Sequence record: NC_042060.1
Reading direction: 5' to 3' (one strand)
DNA: 64,000 nt
In this document: in pieces, positions 53,823 through 62,645 of the stretch
How positions within the stretch are numbered: position 1 is the first letter of the stretch
Layout: every line of letters starts with the position of its first letter
Made by a program: the position numbers and the translations under genes
Notes under the pieces: model-generated
Seen by the model: the letters and a program-made list of their open reading frames with translations, nothing else
What the model was told of the DNA's origin: nothing
Databases searched by the model: none

Positions 53823-54344
53823 TTAAATAAACCGTTGGGTAGTTCCGTCTTTAAAGACAGTTAGTTGATTAACATCTTTCAATGAATTATCTGCAATATT
53901 CTTAGCCAATAACAATAGATCATCGTGATATGTTTTAATGAGAACTTTAAGCCTCTCCCTTTGTTTATATCGGAAACCTTTATTAATCACAGTAACTCCA
54001 TCTGGATTATTTTTATAATTCAGTACAGTGATTGGTGTATTCGGTACAAAGACGGCTAGTTCGTCATCGAATACAATGTAAACCATCACTTTATAATTAT
54101 TAACCGATTCTTGGAATTGTTGTGTGATTACATTATAGTCTTTTGTGCGATGACTAAGAAATAGCTCTCTATTAGCTCGGCAGAAACTATGTCGTGCTTC
54201 TTTATCAGCACTCATAACAGCGATACCACGGATAATGAATTTATTATCTAAGGTATATTTTCTTTGAGACATTGCATAATCGACTACATCAACATCACCG
54301 CCGAATAGTACGGCATTTTCACCATATCCACAAATAAGAGCCAT
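53823..54344 (-). CDS. hypothetical protein, weakly HslV/Ntn-fold-like without catalytic Thr
   Basis: ALICGYGENAVLFGGD..RKYTLDNKFIIRGIAVMSAD parallels the HslV N-terminal strands. Confidence 0.55.
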   Translation of the reverse strand: MALICGYGENAVLFGGDVDVVDYAMSQRKYTLDNKFIIRGIAVMSADKEARHSFCRANRELFLSHRTKDYNVITQQFQESVNNYKVMVYIVFDDELAVFVPNTPITVLNYKNNPDGVTVINKGFRYKQRERLKVLIKTYHDDLLLLAKNIADNSLKDVNQLTVFKDGTTQRFI

Positions 54345-54358
54345 TTATAATTACCTGT

Positions 54359-54718
54359 TTAAAAATTATATTCAATAAATTGGAGAGTGAATAGTTCACT
54401 ACATTCCCATGTACGACTTGCTAATTTATATTTACCTTTAACAGGTAAGTCATATTCATGTAATGCCTTTTCTACTGAACCTGCCTCATGATTGGCTAAT
54501 AGCACCTGTCTAGCTTTTATGATTTCTGAGCAATTAACTAACTCATAATCATCTCGCTTTGGTGTCCAAATGGCAACATTGGTGCCTGGCTTTCTAGCAT
54601 ACCAGAGTACATCATGGCCCTCTGGATTAATAATAGAGATATATAGCTGACGTTCAGCGGGTAACCACAAGTTACGTGGATCATACTCTCCATTAACATC
54701 AAAGAATTTAAATATCAT
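54359..54718 (-). CDS. hypothetical protein
   Basis: 119 aa, ATGA overlap. Confidence 0.75.
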   Translation of the reverse strand: MIFKFFDVNGEYDPRNLWLPAERQLYISIINPEGHDVLWYARKPGTNVAIWTPKRDDYELVNCSEIIKARQVLLANHEAGSVEKALHEYDLPVKGKYKLASRTWECSELFTLQFIEYNF

Positions 54719-54954
54719 AGAGTTGGAACCGGTTTTGATGGATCAGCAATTAATGCAGATTCATCTACATAAACCATTGCAAAGTTTTCACCTTCTTTAC
54801 GAATACCAGTAGAAGGTGTTTTCGATGGATCATAGACGATGATCTGACACTGCTGCCCAGCTGTTAAATAAGTTGGACCAGTTAATGCATTGGGTTTTGG
54901 GTGAGGGATATCAATTTTAGTAATACAATATTGACCAGTACGAAACTCACGCAT
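54715..54954 (-). CDS. small SH3/KOW-like beta protein
   Basis: FRTGQYCITKIDI..LTAGQQCQI. Confidence 0.7.
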   Translation of the reverse strand: MREFRTGQYCITKIDIPHPKPNALTGPTYLTAGQQCQIIVYDPSKTPSTGIRKEGENFAMVYVDESALIADPSKPVPTL

Positions 54955-54966
54955 TATATTAACCTC

Positions 54967-55653
54967 TTAATGAATAATTGCAGTAGAAGGACGACATGTC
55001 ATAGTTTTGAAAATATCTGTCGGATAGATATTACCAGCCTGTCCAAATGGTTTATCCGCTAAAAGAAATTGTGGGCAAACTGTTTGCAGGTAACCACTGT
55101 CGGTAGGTAGGAATCCTTCAATATCGCTAATGAGAATTTGCCAAATTGGTAATTGGTTATAATAGTCATCCATATTGTAATACGCATGTAGTTTACCACC
55201 AAAGCCATAAACAAATTGATGTGCATCAATTGGACGAATACCAAACTTTGGTTGCCGACCCATTCGTTGATCTTCTTCGAATGCGCTTAGAAGATCTGCA
55301 ATTTCTACACCACCTGTAATTTGCTTAACTTCTTTTAATTTTTCAAAAATAGCATAGATGGTGTTAATAGCTGATTCCTTAGTAATACAAGCAGTGATTA
55401 CTAGTTCGGGAAACAGAGGATCTTCTTTATTACATCCGCACGTGTAATATACAACATTTGAACCAATATCACCATCTCGTTCAAGCACAACAAATGATTG
55501 CTTGGACCGTTTCATTTGTTCTTCGATTAACTTCCGACTATTTTCACGAATAGCTGAATATTCATTACTAGTCTTAAAAATAGGTGCTTTATAGTCTGTT
55601 CCTTTCGGCTCTACTAAATCACTTGCCGATTTGATAATTAATGGATTACTCAT
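54967..55653 (-). CDS. DUF4262-like protein
   Basis: YYTCGC..FPELVI and WQILISDIEGFLP..Y..PQFLL resemble DUF4262 YTVGL..PELIV and QLVWPDxxGxFPW..QPLL. Confidence 0.6.
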   Translation of the reverse strand: MSNPLIIKSASDLVEPKGTDYKAPIFKTSNEYSAIRENSRKLIEEQMKRSKQSFVVLERDGDIGSNVVYYTCGCNKEDPLFPELVITACITKESAINTIYAIFEKLKEVKQITGGVEIADLLSAFEEDQRMGRQPKFGIRPIDAHQFVYGFGGKLHAYYNMDDYYNQLPIWQILISDIEGFLPTDSGYLQTVCPQFLLADKPFGQAGNIYPTDIFKTMTCRPSTAIIH

Positions 55654-55680
55654 TATATATTTCCTTTTCTTAAATAAGAA

Positions 55681-55700
55681 AGGGAGGTATTATCCTCCCT
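55681..55700 (-). terminator. intrinsic terminator
   Basis: agggagg / cctccct stem then TTCTTATTT. Confidence 0.7.
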
Positions 55701-56034
55701 AATTAAGCATTAGATATTTAGGTTCAGTAGTGGCTCGGATCTTAGCAATAAGTGCTTTCTGATCACTAACCTTACTAACGGGATATTCTAATAAACGTAA
55801 ATCCATATCCCGTTGTACTAAACCCAACATTGCCTTATTTTGATGACTATTCCTACGTAATGCTGCGATATGTTTATCAACTTCATTACTAACAGTCTTT
55901 GAAAGCCCTACCAAATACTTCCCAGTTGCAATGTGTTCAATAACATAAACACCTGCTCCAACTATTTCGCTTCTTTTCCCACGACCGTGCGAAGTACTTG
56001 ACCAACTATAACACTTATCATCAACTATAAACAT
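55699..56034 (-). CDS. degenerate GIY-YIG-like protein
   Basis: GVYVIEHIATGKYLVGLSK; second Tyr and the conserved Arg are absent; H..L..N.H.N motif kept. Confidence 0.65.
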   Translation of the reverse strand: MFIVDDKCYSWSSTSHGRGKRSEIVGAGVYVIEHIATGKYLVGLSKTVSNEVDKHIAALRRNSHQNKAMLGLVQRDMDLRLLEYPVSKVSDQKALIAKIRATTEPKYLMLN

Positions 56035-56077
56035 GGTTAATTCCCGTCCTATAACTATCTAATTGGACGGTCAAGTA

Positions 56078-56440
56078 TTAGCTACCAGTCCATGAATACT
56101 TATCATAAACTAACCACATTGAATGGATCTTATTGATGATATTAAAAATAGGTTCTTGGACCTCTTCAAAATCACCTAGATCAGCTGCCAGATTGGCCAT
56201 ATATTGGAATAGCCACTCAATTGATACATCCACTAGATTGGTAAATGGGATACTAGTATATGGGATTTGCTTTGACATACCAAACTGATAAATCTTAGCA
56301 AACCATGCATCCAACATTGCAACATCTGCTTTAAGCATCCAATTAATTTCAGCAGGATGTGCACCATAGGTGATGTTAAACAAATCACCAGTAACTGTTT
56401 TAACTAGCATCTCTATTTCAGTCGCATTAAATTCAATCAT
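56078..56440 (-). CDS. hypothetical protein
   Basis: 120 aa, coupled to the upstream stop. Confidence 0.75.
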   Translation of the reverse strand: MIEFNATEIEMLVKTVTGDLFNITYGAHPAEINWMLKADVAMLDAWFAKIYQFGMSKQIPYTSIPFTNLVDVSIEWLFQYMANLAADLGDFEEVQEPIFNIINKIHSMWLVYDKYSWTGS

Positions 56441-56441
56441 C

Positions 56442-56819
56442 TCAACCCACCTTTAGTTTACTGCAATATAGTCTAAACTTAAGAATATCCTCTACTAAGT
56501 TAGACCACAGGGTATACCTATTTCGTGATGCATTTACTTCTTCAATCTTAGCATTTATATTTTGGCGAAGAACTTTGTAATGCTGATATGCATTAGTCGC
56601 ATGTTTAGAGAACATGATAATAATATCATCAGGACTTTTATTTAGCACATCAGCTAGTGAATCATCGTCATATATTTCAATAAGCGTATTAACGATACGA
56701 TGATGAAGATGGGTTAGTAATTGGTAAATATGATATTCGCTACCAATATAATTACCTTTTATAAAAGCTCTTTTACTGTAGAAGATCTGTGCAGTATCTC
56801 TTACGCATTCAAGTTTCAT
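56442..56819 (-). CDS. hypothetical protein
   Basis: 125 aa, ATGA overlap. Confidence 0.75.
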   Translation of the reverse strand: MKLECVRDTAQIFYSKRAFIKGNYIGSEYHIYQLLTHLHHRIVNTLIEIYDDDSLADVLNKSPDDIIIMFSKHATNAYQHYKVLRQNINAKIEEVNASRNRYTLWSNLVEDILKFRLYCSKLKVG

Positions 56820-57028
56820 TGTGCATTAACCTGATGTAGATGAACATAAAATCCATTACTAGGGCCACTATTAGATGGATAAACTAACAGATGGTCTCCA
56901 TTAACAGATTCGACTATAACTACAGTGCCAGCTTTGCATAGTGTAAGATCATAACCGCATTCACCGGTGCTATTAATAATATCTGTATTGACTACAACTT
57001 TGTCACCGGCTTTAAATGAATTTGACAT
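56816..57028 (-). CDS. small SH3/KOW-like beta protein
   Basis: FKAGDKVVVNTDI..LCKAGTVVIV; GAGGTG RBS. Confidence 0.7.
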   Translation of the reverse strand: MSNSFKAGDKVVVNTDIINSTGECGYDLTLCKAGTVVIVESVNGDHLLVYPSNSGPSNGFYVHLHQVNAQ

Positions 57029-57036
57029 ATATCACC

Positions 57037-57339
57037 TCAGTTATATGCGTGAAGAATATCATCCATATCTGTACATTGTACAGTTTCAATTTGATTATAA
57101 TTGTCGGCATTTAAAACTCTAAAGCCGCCTTCGGGATTACCCTCATCAACACCTAATACGGTTAGGTCATCACCTTCATTAGCAAACTTCCATTCTAAAT
57201 AGCCATTCTTTTTACAGGTTCTCATGATCCATATGTCTTGTGTTGCTTGTAGGATCATACCAACTTGAACTTTATTTTTAGCAATAAGATTAATGCCATT
57301 AACTAGCGCGTTTGCTAGACAGCTCACCGTTGTACTCAT
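57037..57339 (-). CDS. small SH3/KOW-like beta protein
   Basis: VQVGMILQATQDI..FANEGDDLTV. Confidence 0.7.
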   Translation of the reverse strand: MSTTVSCLANALVNGINLIAKNKVQVGMILQATQDIWIMRTCKKNGYLEWKFANEGDDLTVLGVDEGNPEGGFRVLNADNYNQIETVQCTDMDDILHAYN

Positions 57340-57631
57340 TTCTTTTTACCTCTTTACCACTTTTATCTTCAGTTAACCATGACTTGTTAAAGATACTATT
57401 TATGATGGGATTGAATTTCGGTGATTCTTTCTTTTTCTGATCTGTATCCATCGATATCACCTATACTAATAATTTTATTAATACCAACTAATGTATTACT
57501 TAAAATAGCTATAATCAAAAACAGTGCTACATATTTGATTCCTTCCATTTTGAGTACCTCAAATAATGATTACCTAACTTAGCATGGTTATTATATATTT
57601 TTAAATTTACTTATAATAAACCATTTATGCA

Positions 57632-57934
57632 TTATGGTAATAGTTCACTGTATTTAGGATAGTTATCAACCACCCATTGGTTAGACATATACTTAGGAGT
57701 ATCACCTAGTAGTTTAGTATAGGTTAGAAGATAGATTATCTGCGCTTTATTAAAGTCTAATCCAACCTCTTCCCAACCAGCGCGGTACTGCTCCACCTTA
57801 TCACCATGTGCGCTAATTAGCCCGGCACAGGACTCAATATACCGATCTTCACCGGCGAATACAGTGCTAATGAACTTATCAGTATTTGCCAACATATACG
57901 ACGCCGAGTCAATTACTTTATTTTTCATGTTCAT
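57632..57934 (-). CDS. hypothetical protein
   Basis: 100 aa from ATG 57934; track start crosses a terminator. Confidence 0.75.
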   Translation of the reverse strand: MNMKNKVIDSASYMLANTDKFISTVFAGEDRYIESCAGLISAHGDKVEQYRAGWEEVGLDFNKAQIIYLLTYTKLLGDTPKYMSNQWVVDNYPKYSELLP

Positions 57935-57970
57935 TTTTGAGTTACCTATGTATATTAAAAGGATATAAAA

Positions 57971-57988
57971 GCCTCCCCGAAGGGAGGC
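57971..57988 (-). terminator. intrinsic terminator
   Basis: gcctccc-UUCG-gggaggc then TTTT. Confidence 0.85.
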
Positions 57989-57998
57989 CATTATGTTG

Positions 57999-58433
57999 TT
58001 ACACTGTGAAACGAATTGATACCCCACAAATAGGACTATTTGAATCGGTCCAAATTTTAGCTGTACCGTCATTTTTAATAGTTACACAATAACCCCAGCG
58101 AAGATTATTTATTTTAGTGGTATACCCACTTTTAAATACGGTCATGTCTTTATAAAGCTGTGGGATAGTTGGTACTTTTTTAGACTGCATTTTACCAGAT
58201 AAATCACGATAGTAGAGTTTATCTACAATCACATTATCAAATTTTTTATAATCACCAAAGACTTCAGATAGATTAAACGTTACCCCATCTGCTTTTAGTG
58301 GGGCTGTCATAAAACTACCTTGCTCAGTTGTAACCATACTGATAGCAACATCATGGTCTAATAGAAATCGAGTTTCACCATTAGTTTTCTTATATACTGG
58401 GAAACTTCCTAGCGGTTGTAGAATACTCATCAT
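57999..58433 (-). CDS. hypothetical protein
   Basis: 144 aa, AGGAG RBS. Confidence 0.8.
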   Translation of the reverse strand: MMSILQPLGSFPVYKKTNGETRFLLDHDVAISMVTTEQGSFMTAPLKADGVTFNLSEVFGDYKKFDNVIVDKLYYRDLSGKMQSKKVPTIPQLYKDMTVFKSGYTTKINNLRWGYCVTIKNDGTAKIWTDSNSPICGVSIRFTV

Positions 58434-58466
58434 TAACTCCTGATTGACGGTCTATAAAATTGACCA

Positions 58467-58913
58467 TTATAAACCTTTATAGCATTCTACACTAATTTTC
58501 TTTATAGTCATATCAAACTCACTATCAACATACTCATTGTCATGATAGTACTCATCTGAATAACCGATGAGTTTTTTCTGGTTATGATAATTTAAAAAGA
58601 AAATAACACGCATTACAATACAAGCGTGTTCGGGGTGATTAAGATATAATTCTTTCTTATTTAGGTCTAAATAAAGTGTTTTTATTTGAACTGGTTCATT
58701 AGTGAAAACTAGTTTTACAGGGTTATCCAGCTGTATTACTTTGGGTTCACTATTAAAAAATGTATCACCGGATTCACCTAAGTAATATGTAATTGATTTA
58801 ACATAATAGGCTATATCTTCGGTTTTCTCTAACCGGGTTATACCATAGCCGGTTATGACTGAAAGAACAAACAATGATAAAATAACTAATATTATCTCAG
58901 TCACATTGACCAC
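58467..58913 (-). CDS. hypothetical protein with N-terminal TM helix
   Basis: 148 aa; EIILVILSLFVLSVITGYGI. Confidence 0.75.
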   Translation of the reverse strand: MVNVTEIILVILSLFVLSVITGYGITRLEKTEDIAYYVKSITYYLGESGDTFFNSEPKVIQLDNPVKLVFTNEPVQIKTLYLDLNKKELYLNHPEHACIVMRVIFFLNYHNQKKLIGYSDEYYHDNEYVDSEFDMTIKKISVECYKGL

Positions 58914-59193
58914 CCATATAAAGTGTTGTTATATCGATACACTGTGAAACAGAATGTTTACATGGAATAAATATTTCATCGATGGTTAAATCATCATCGA
59001 TAGGTTGAATACTTTCTAATCTACCAAATCCATCACAGTTAAATTTAAGTGCTGGATAACCTTCAATACCCATGCTAACCCAGCTATTATTCTGTTTAGT
59101 TACATGGTTGAATTTAAAATTACGCATCTTTCCTAGAAATTCAATTGTCCATGTAGCATCCTTCTGTTTCTTCAAATGGTAATATTTATTCAT
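58897..59193 (-). CDS. hypothetical protein
   Basis: 98 aa. Confidence 0.7.
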   Translation of the reverse strand: MNKYYHLKKQKDATWTIEFLGKMRNFKFNHVTKQNNSWVSMGIEGYPALKFNCDGFGRLESIQPIDDDLTIDEIFIPCKHSVSQCIDITTLYMGGQCD

Positions 59194-59239
59194 TAGTATT
59201 CACCATTATTAAGATTAGTTTCATTCTATTAAATAGATA

Positions 59240-59257
59240 GGGGGTCTAAAGACCCCC
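59240..59257. terminator. terminator-like hairpin
   Basis: gggggtc-taaa-gaccccc. Confidence 0.65.
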
Positions 59258-59271
59258 ATTTTCATAATTAA

Positions 59272-59691
59272 TTAGAATGCAGAAATGGCCAACTCATTGC
59301 ATTTAACGGCAGCGAGTTTTTCCCAATCTTCTTCATGTTCCATCAAGCATTCAATTACAACATGCATGGACCATGATTCACCGTCAATATTTGCAAATAC
59401 AAAGAAACCATCATCAAGCTCAGTGATACCACTAATCAGATTATTTTTGATCAGATAGACCAATTGATCATTAACGATTTTAACTTCATTATCAATGAGA
59501 TGGCTGACATATTTGCTAGTGATATCAAACACTTCTTTTGATGAAAGTGACCCATCCCGTTTGACAGCAGTTAGGCTCCAATTAACCAAAGACGGTGAAT
59601 ACCAATGAAGACCATGTACATTCATCAAAACTGGATGTTTGTTATCCATAGCTTTTACAGAATAAGCCCAATACTTTTCATCAAGATACAT
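59272..59691 (-). CDS. hypothetical protein
   Basis: 139 aa, AAGGA RBS. Confidence 0.8.
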   Translation of the reverse strand: MYLDEKYWAYSVKAMDNKHPVLMNVHGLHWYSPSLVNWSLTAVKRDGSLSSKEVFDITSKYVSHLIDNEVKIVNDQLVYLIKNNLISGITELDDGFFVFANIDGESWSMHVVIECLMEHEEDWEKLAAVKCNELAISAF

Positions 59692-59715
59692 TTATATTTC
59701 CTTTTTCCAGATTGA

Positions 59716-59994
59716 TTATTTTATTACAATGCCTTCAGCATTGCGTACCGCTTCTTTAGCAAATTGAACATCTCCAAATACATGTTCAATAAACTTTGAT
59801 GCATCTGACCCAGCTACATTACTTGATAGTAGTTTTACAGTCTTAGTAATCTTACCAGGATAATAGAGGATGATATCCCATCCATCACTTTCTTTAACAG
59901 AGCGAATTTTTAGAATAGGTTCTTCTTTATCAAGGTGTTCAAGACTAACGCCACTTTTGACAGCAGCTTCAAATACTACATCAGAGATAGACAT
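59716..59994 (-). CDS. hypothetical protein
   Basis: 92 aa, AAGGT RBS. Confidence 0.75.
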   Translation of the reverse strand: MSISDVVFEAAVKSGVSLEHLDKEEPILKIRSVKESDGWDIILYYPGKITKTVKLLSSNVAGSDASKFIEHVFGDVQFAKEAVRNAEGIVIK

Positions 59995-60021
59995 ATTAGT
60001 TACCTTCTTGAAAGAAAGCGG

Positions 60022-60255
60022 TCATGCGACCGCATCTTTAATCAGCGAGATAATTCGCGCTGATGGTTCACGCCAAAATTCAATACGTACATTATTGAAT
60101 TGGCTATCGTGATGCATGAAAGCTGATGATTGCTTTGCAGCATCGTGATTCATAATAGAACGTAGCTGGATAATATTTTTGTCTTTGAGTCGGATACCAT
60201 CCAGATCAATAACTTTCAGTCCAGAGTTCATAGTTTTTACAGTTACATGTTGCAT
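60022..60255 (-). CDS. hypothetical protein
   Basis: 77 aa, AAGGA RBS. Confidence 0.7.
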   Translation of the reverse strand: MQHVTVKTMNSGLKVIDLDGIRLKDKNIIQLRSIMNHDAAKQSSAFMHHDSQFNNVRIEFWREPSARIISLIKDAVA

Positions 60256-60294
60256 TTACAATTTCCTTTTAGTTAGATTAAAAATATGAATAAA

Positions 60295-60507
60295 TTACTT
60301 CTTCTTCCACACGTTTATTTCTACGATGGAATTACGTTTCATCCGACGGCGGATAGATTTGGCAGCCTTCTCTGTTTCCTCAGTCCAACCACCACCATAG
60401 ATAGTGTGATGTTCATTGATCTGAGTATGAAGGTTATGAGTAGCCATTACGCCACCAAGACCACGTGATTTATAATACTCGATCAATAGATCAGCTTGGT
60501 CATTCAT
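60295..60507 (-). CDS. hypothetical protein
   Basis: 70 aa, AAGGT RBS. Confidence 0.7.
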   Translation of the reverse strand: MNDQADLLIEYYKSRGLGGVMATHNLHTQINEHHTIYGGGWTEETEKAAKSIRRRMKRNSIVEINVWKKK

Positions 60508-60577
60508 GTGTTAACCTTATCAAATGTAGGGATATCCTCACAAGAATGGGAGTTTAGATGTTGCTGTAGTTCATCAA

Positions 60578-60712
60578 CTATTCACTAGTTTGAAATAATC
60601 GACTAATCCATCGGAAATGTCGATTGCTTTTCACCGCGTCTACAAACAGATCACGTACTTCACTGAACGTGGCTGCGCGTGGTTCACCAGTGCCTTCGAA
60701 ATATATAGTCAT
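60578..60712 (-). pseudogene. truncated copy of the 62646-63020 family (44 aa)
   Basis: MTIYFEGTGEPRAATFSEVRDLFVDAV matches MIYFEGDGNVKPVTQEQVKELFISSV; out-of-frame remnant LNSHSCEDIPTF follows. Confidence 0.6.
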
Positions 60713-61128
60713 GATTTTGCGATAGCCTTGATAAGTTCCAGTTCAAGTTGCACGAGTTCATGATCTGTGATTTCGCGTGAAACACACATGCTACGCCCTG
60801 GTCGTTTATACCACGTGATACAGACATCACGCCAAATAAGCGCACCTCCATCAATATCATTGAGCCTGAAAGTCTCTAGCTCGTCAGTGTTAAGAGAAGG
60901 ACCACCAGAATGAGGATAAAACCTATCGTAATCAATTTCACTATATTTCATCACTAGGATATATAGTGGTGGTGGGACCATTTTCCAATATGAAGCTAAT
61001 TTAATATCCTCACTTGGTACAGATGTCCAATACTCTTTTACAGCCTCATTCATTTCTTCTGGTTTAGGAAGTCCACCAACCAGACAATGAACATATTTTG
61101 CTACTTCAACTAGACGTTTATTTTTCAT
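60709..61128 (-). CDS. hypothetical protein
   Basis: 139 aa, AGGA RBS. Confidence 0.75.
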   Translation of the reverse strand: MKNKRLVEVAKYVHCLVGGLPKPEEMNEAVKEYWTSVPSEDIKLASYWKMVPPPLYILVMKYSEIDYDRFYPHSGGPSLNTDELETFRLNDIDGGALIWRDVCITWYKRPGRSMCVSREITDHELVQLELELIKAIAKS

Positions 61129-61137
61129 AGTTTGATC

Positions 61138-61679
61138 CTAATTAAATTCTAGAACATCAAAACACCTACATCAGTATCCTTAAGTACTGGTAGGCTAGTA
61201 GTAATGATTAATTTGATATTACGTTTGGCAATTCCTTCACTGGCATTAAGGATAGCTGCCATAACACCATTACCACCTGTGCGTGTACGCACTACGTTAT
61301 CAACATCCTCGGCAATAATAACAGACCCATTTGGAAAATCTCTAATGAGATTAGCAAATTCAGGATGTTCTAAAACATCAGACCGATCAACTAAATAAAT
61401 TTTATCGTCCCAGCCTCGATGATTCAGCATTTCTCTAGTGAGGTTTGACTTACTGGTATCAGGTTTACCAAAAATAGTTAATACATTAGAACTAGATTCA
61501 GAAAATATATTCCAAAGTTCTGCTGGTGTAAAATTGAAGTAAGGATAAAACTTATGGACATCACTAACTGGTTGATATTCTAGACATGTTTCTACAGTTG
61601 TAGTCAGTGTACCATTTGCTGTAAGGTGAATCCTCCTAAGATATTTGGATGGTTTATTATTTAAATAATCATTAGCCAT
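61138..61679 (-). pseudogene. decayed AAA+ ATPase
   Basis: Walker A GKPDTSKS, Walker B IIAEDVD, ILNASEG; stop after DTDVGVLMF with RCFDVLEFN in a shifted frame. Confidence 0.7.
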
Positions 61680-61724
61680 TGTATTTTCCTTTTTAAATAA
61701 ATAATGAAACTAACTATGGTGTTA

Positions 61725-62084
61725 TTATTTACCAATAGATACAATTACCTCTTTTAATTTACCATGGTCATTAATTGCCATTTGACAAGTGGGGCATGGG
61801 TATGCATCCAGTGGCCTACCATCAGCACCGACACGTGCAACATAGATCCTATATCCTTTTCCCTTGGAGAGGATGATAGAACGCAACTCACTATGCATCT
61901 CACAACGTAGATCGGACAATCCTGCTTTTAGAGAATAACGTTTCTGAACAGGATGTGTTTTACCATACATATTTTGGCTTTCACTAATGATCCTACCACG
62001 TTTATCAGTAATGACTGAATAAACACGTTGACGATGTTTTACATAAGGGATCTCGCGACACTTTTCCAAAGCATAATCCAACAT
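61725..62084 (-). CDS. Zn-dependent deaminase (cytidine/dCMP/TadA superfamily)
   Basis: HSE and PCPTC motifs; ATG 62084 downstream of an early promoter. Confidence 0.85.
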   Translation of the reverse strand: MLDYALEKCREIPYVKHRQRVYSVITDKRGRIISESQNMYGKTHPVQKRYSLKAGLSDLRCEMHSELRSIILSKGKGYRIYVARVGADGRPLDAYPCPTCQMAINDHGKLKEVIVSIGK

Positions 62085-62127
62085 AATTGATTTACCTATT
62101 TGAAATTTAGATAGTTTTATCACATTT

Positions 62128-62146
62128 GTAATATACTGTTTAAAAT
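62128..62146 (-). promoter_or_regulatory. early promoter motif
   Basis: CATTTTAAACAGTATATTAC on the minus strand. Confidence 0.75.
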
Positions 62147-62174
62147 GCTTTAAATACAAAAAAATAAAATATAA

Positions 62175-62195
62175 GCCCTCCCGCAATGGGAGGGC
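62175..62195 (-). terminator. intrinsic terminator
   Basis: 21-bp hairpin identical to 2231-2251, then TTATATTTTATTTT. Confidence 0.85.
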
Positions 62196-62208
62196 AATAT
62201 AATAACTA

Positions 62209-62643
62209 TTACAATTTATTCGCCATTTTACCTGGTACTATAACCCAGTGTAAATTACATTTAATGTGTTTATTTTTAAGAGACATTCCTGAGATACACA
62301 CATCCTCTTTGGTTATGCTAATTTTAAATAAAGCTTCCCATTTATTAGCTGTGATGATTTCATCAACAGTGTGATGGAATTTAAGTGTGTTATCTAATAC
62401 TGAAATATAAAAGTCTTTATTGGGTTGACCTTTAGTTAAATCAATTATTAACCTATTATTTAATTTAGGTGAAAAAGTTGTTAATGTACCATCTTCATTA
62501 TTTTCAGATATATAAGAGCAACCAGTAACAATGAAGACATTATCATTTACACTATTGGCATAAATTATTTTTGGGTGTTTAAAAATATTAATTAGATAAA
62601 CAATAATTGCTGACAGGATTAGTGCAATTACTATATCAGCCAT
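62209..62643 (-). CDS. hypothetical protein with N-terminal TM helix
   Basis: 144 aa; IVIALILSAIIVYLI. Confidence 0.75.
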   Translation of the reverse strand: MADIVIALILSAIIVYLINIFKHPKIIYANSVNDNVFIVTGCSYISENNEDGTLTTFSPKLNNRLIIDLTKGQPNKDFYISVLDNTLKFHHTVDEIITANKWEALFKISITKEDVCISGMSLKNKHIKCNLHWVIVPGKMANKL

Positions 62644-62645
62644 TA

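Noticed and set aside
57291-57451. Small minus-strand ORF MDTDQKKKESPKF...
   Set aside because: About 50 aa, overlaps the next gene by roughly 50 nt and has no motif. Possible but not supportable as a feature.
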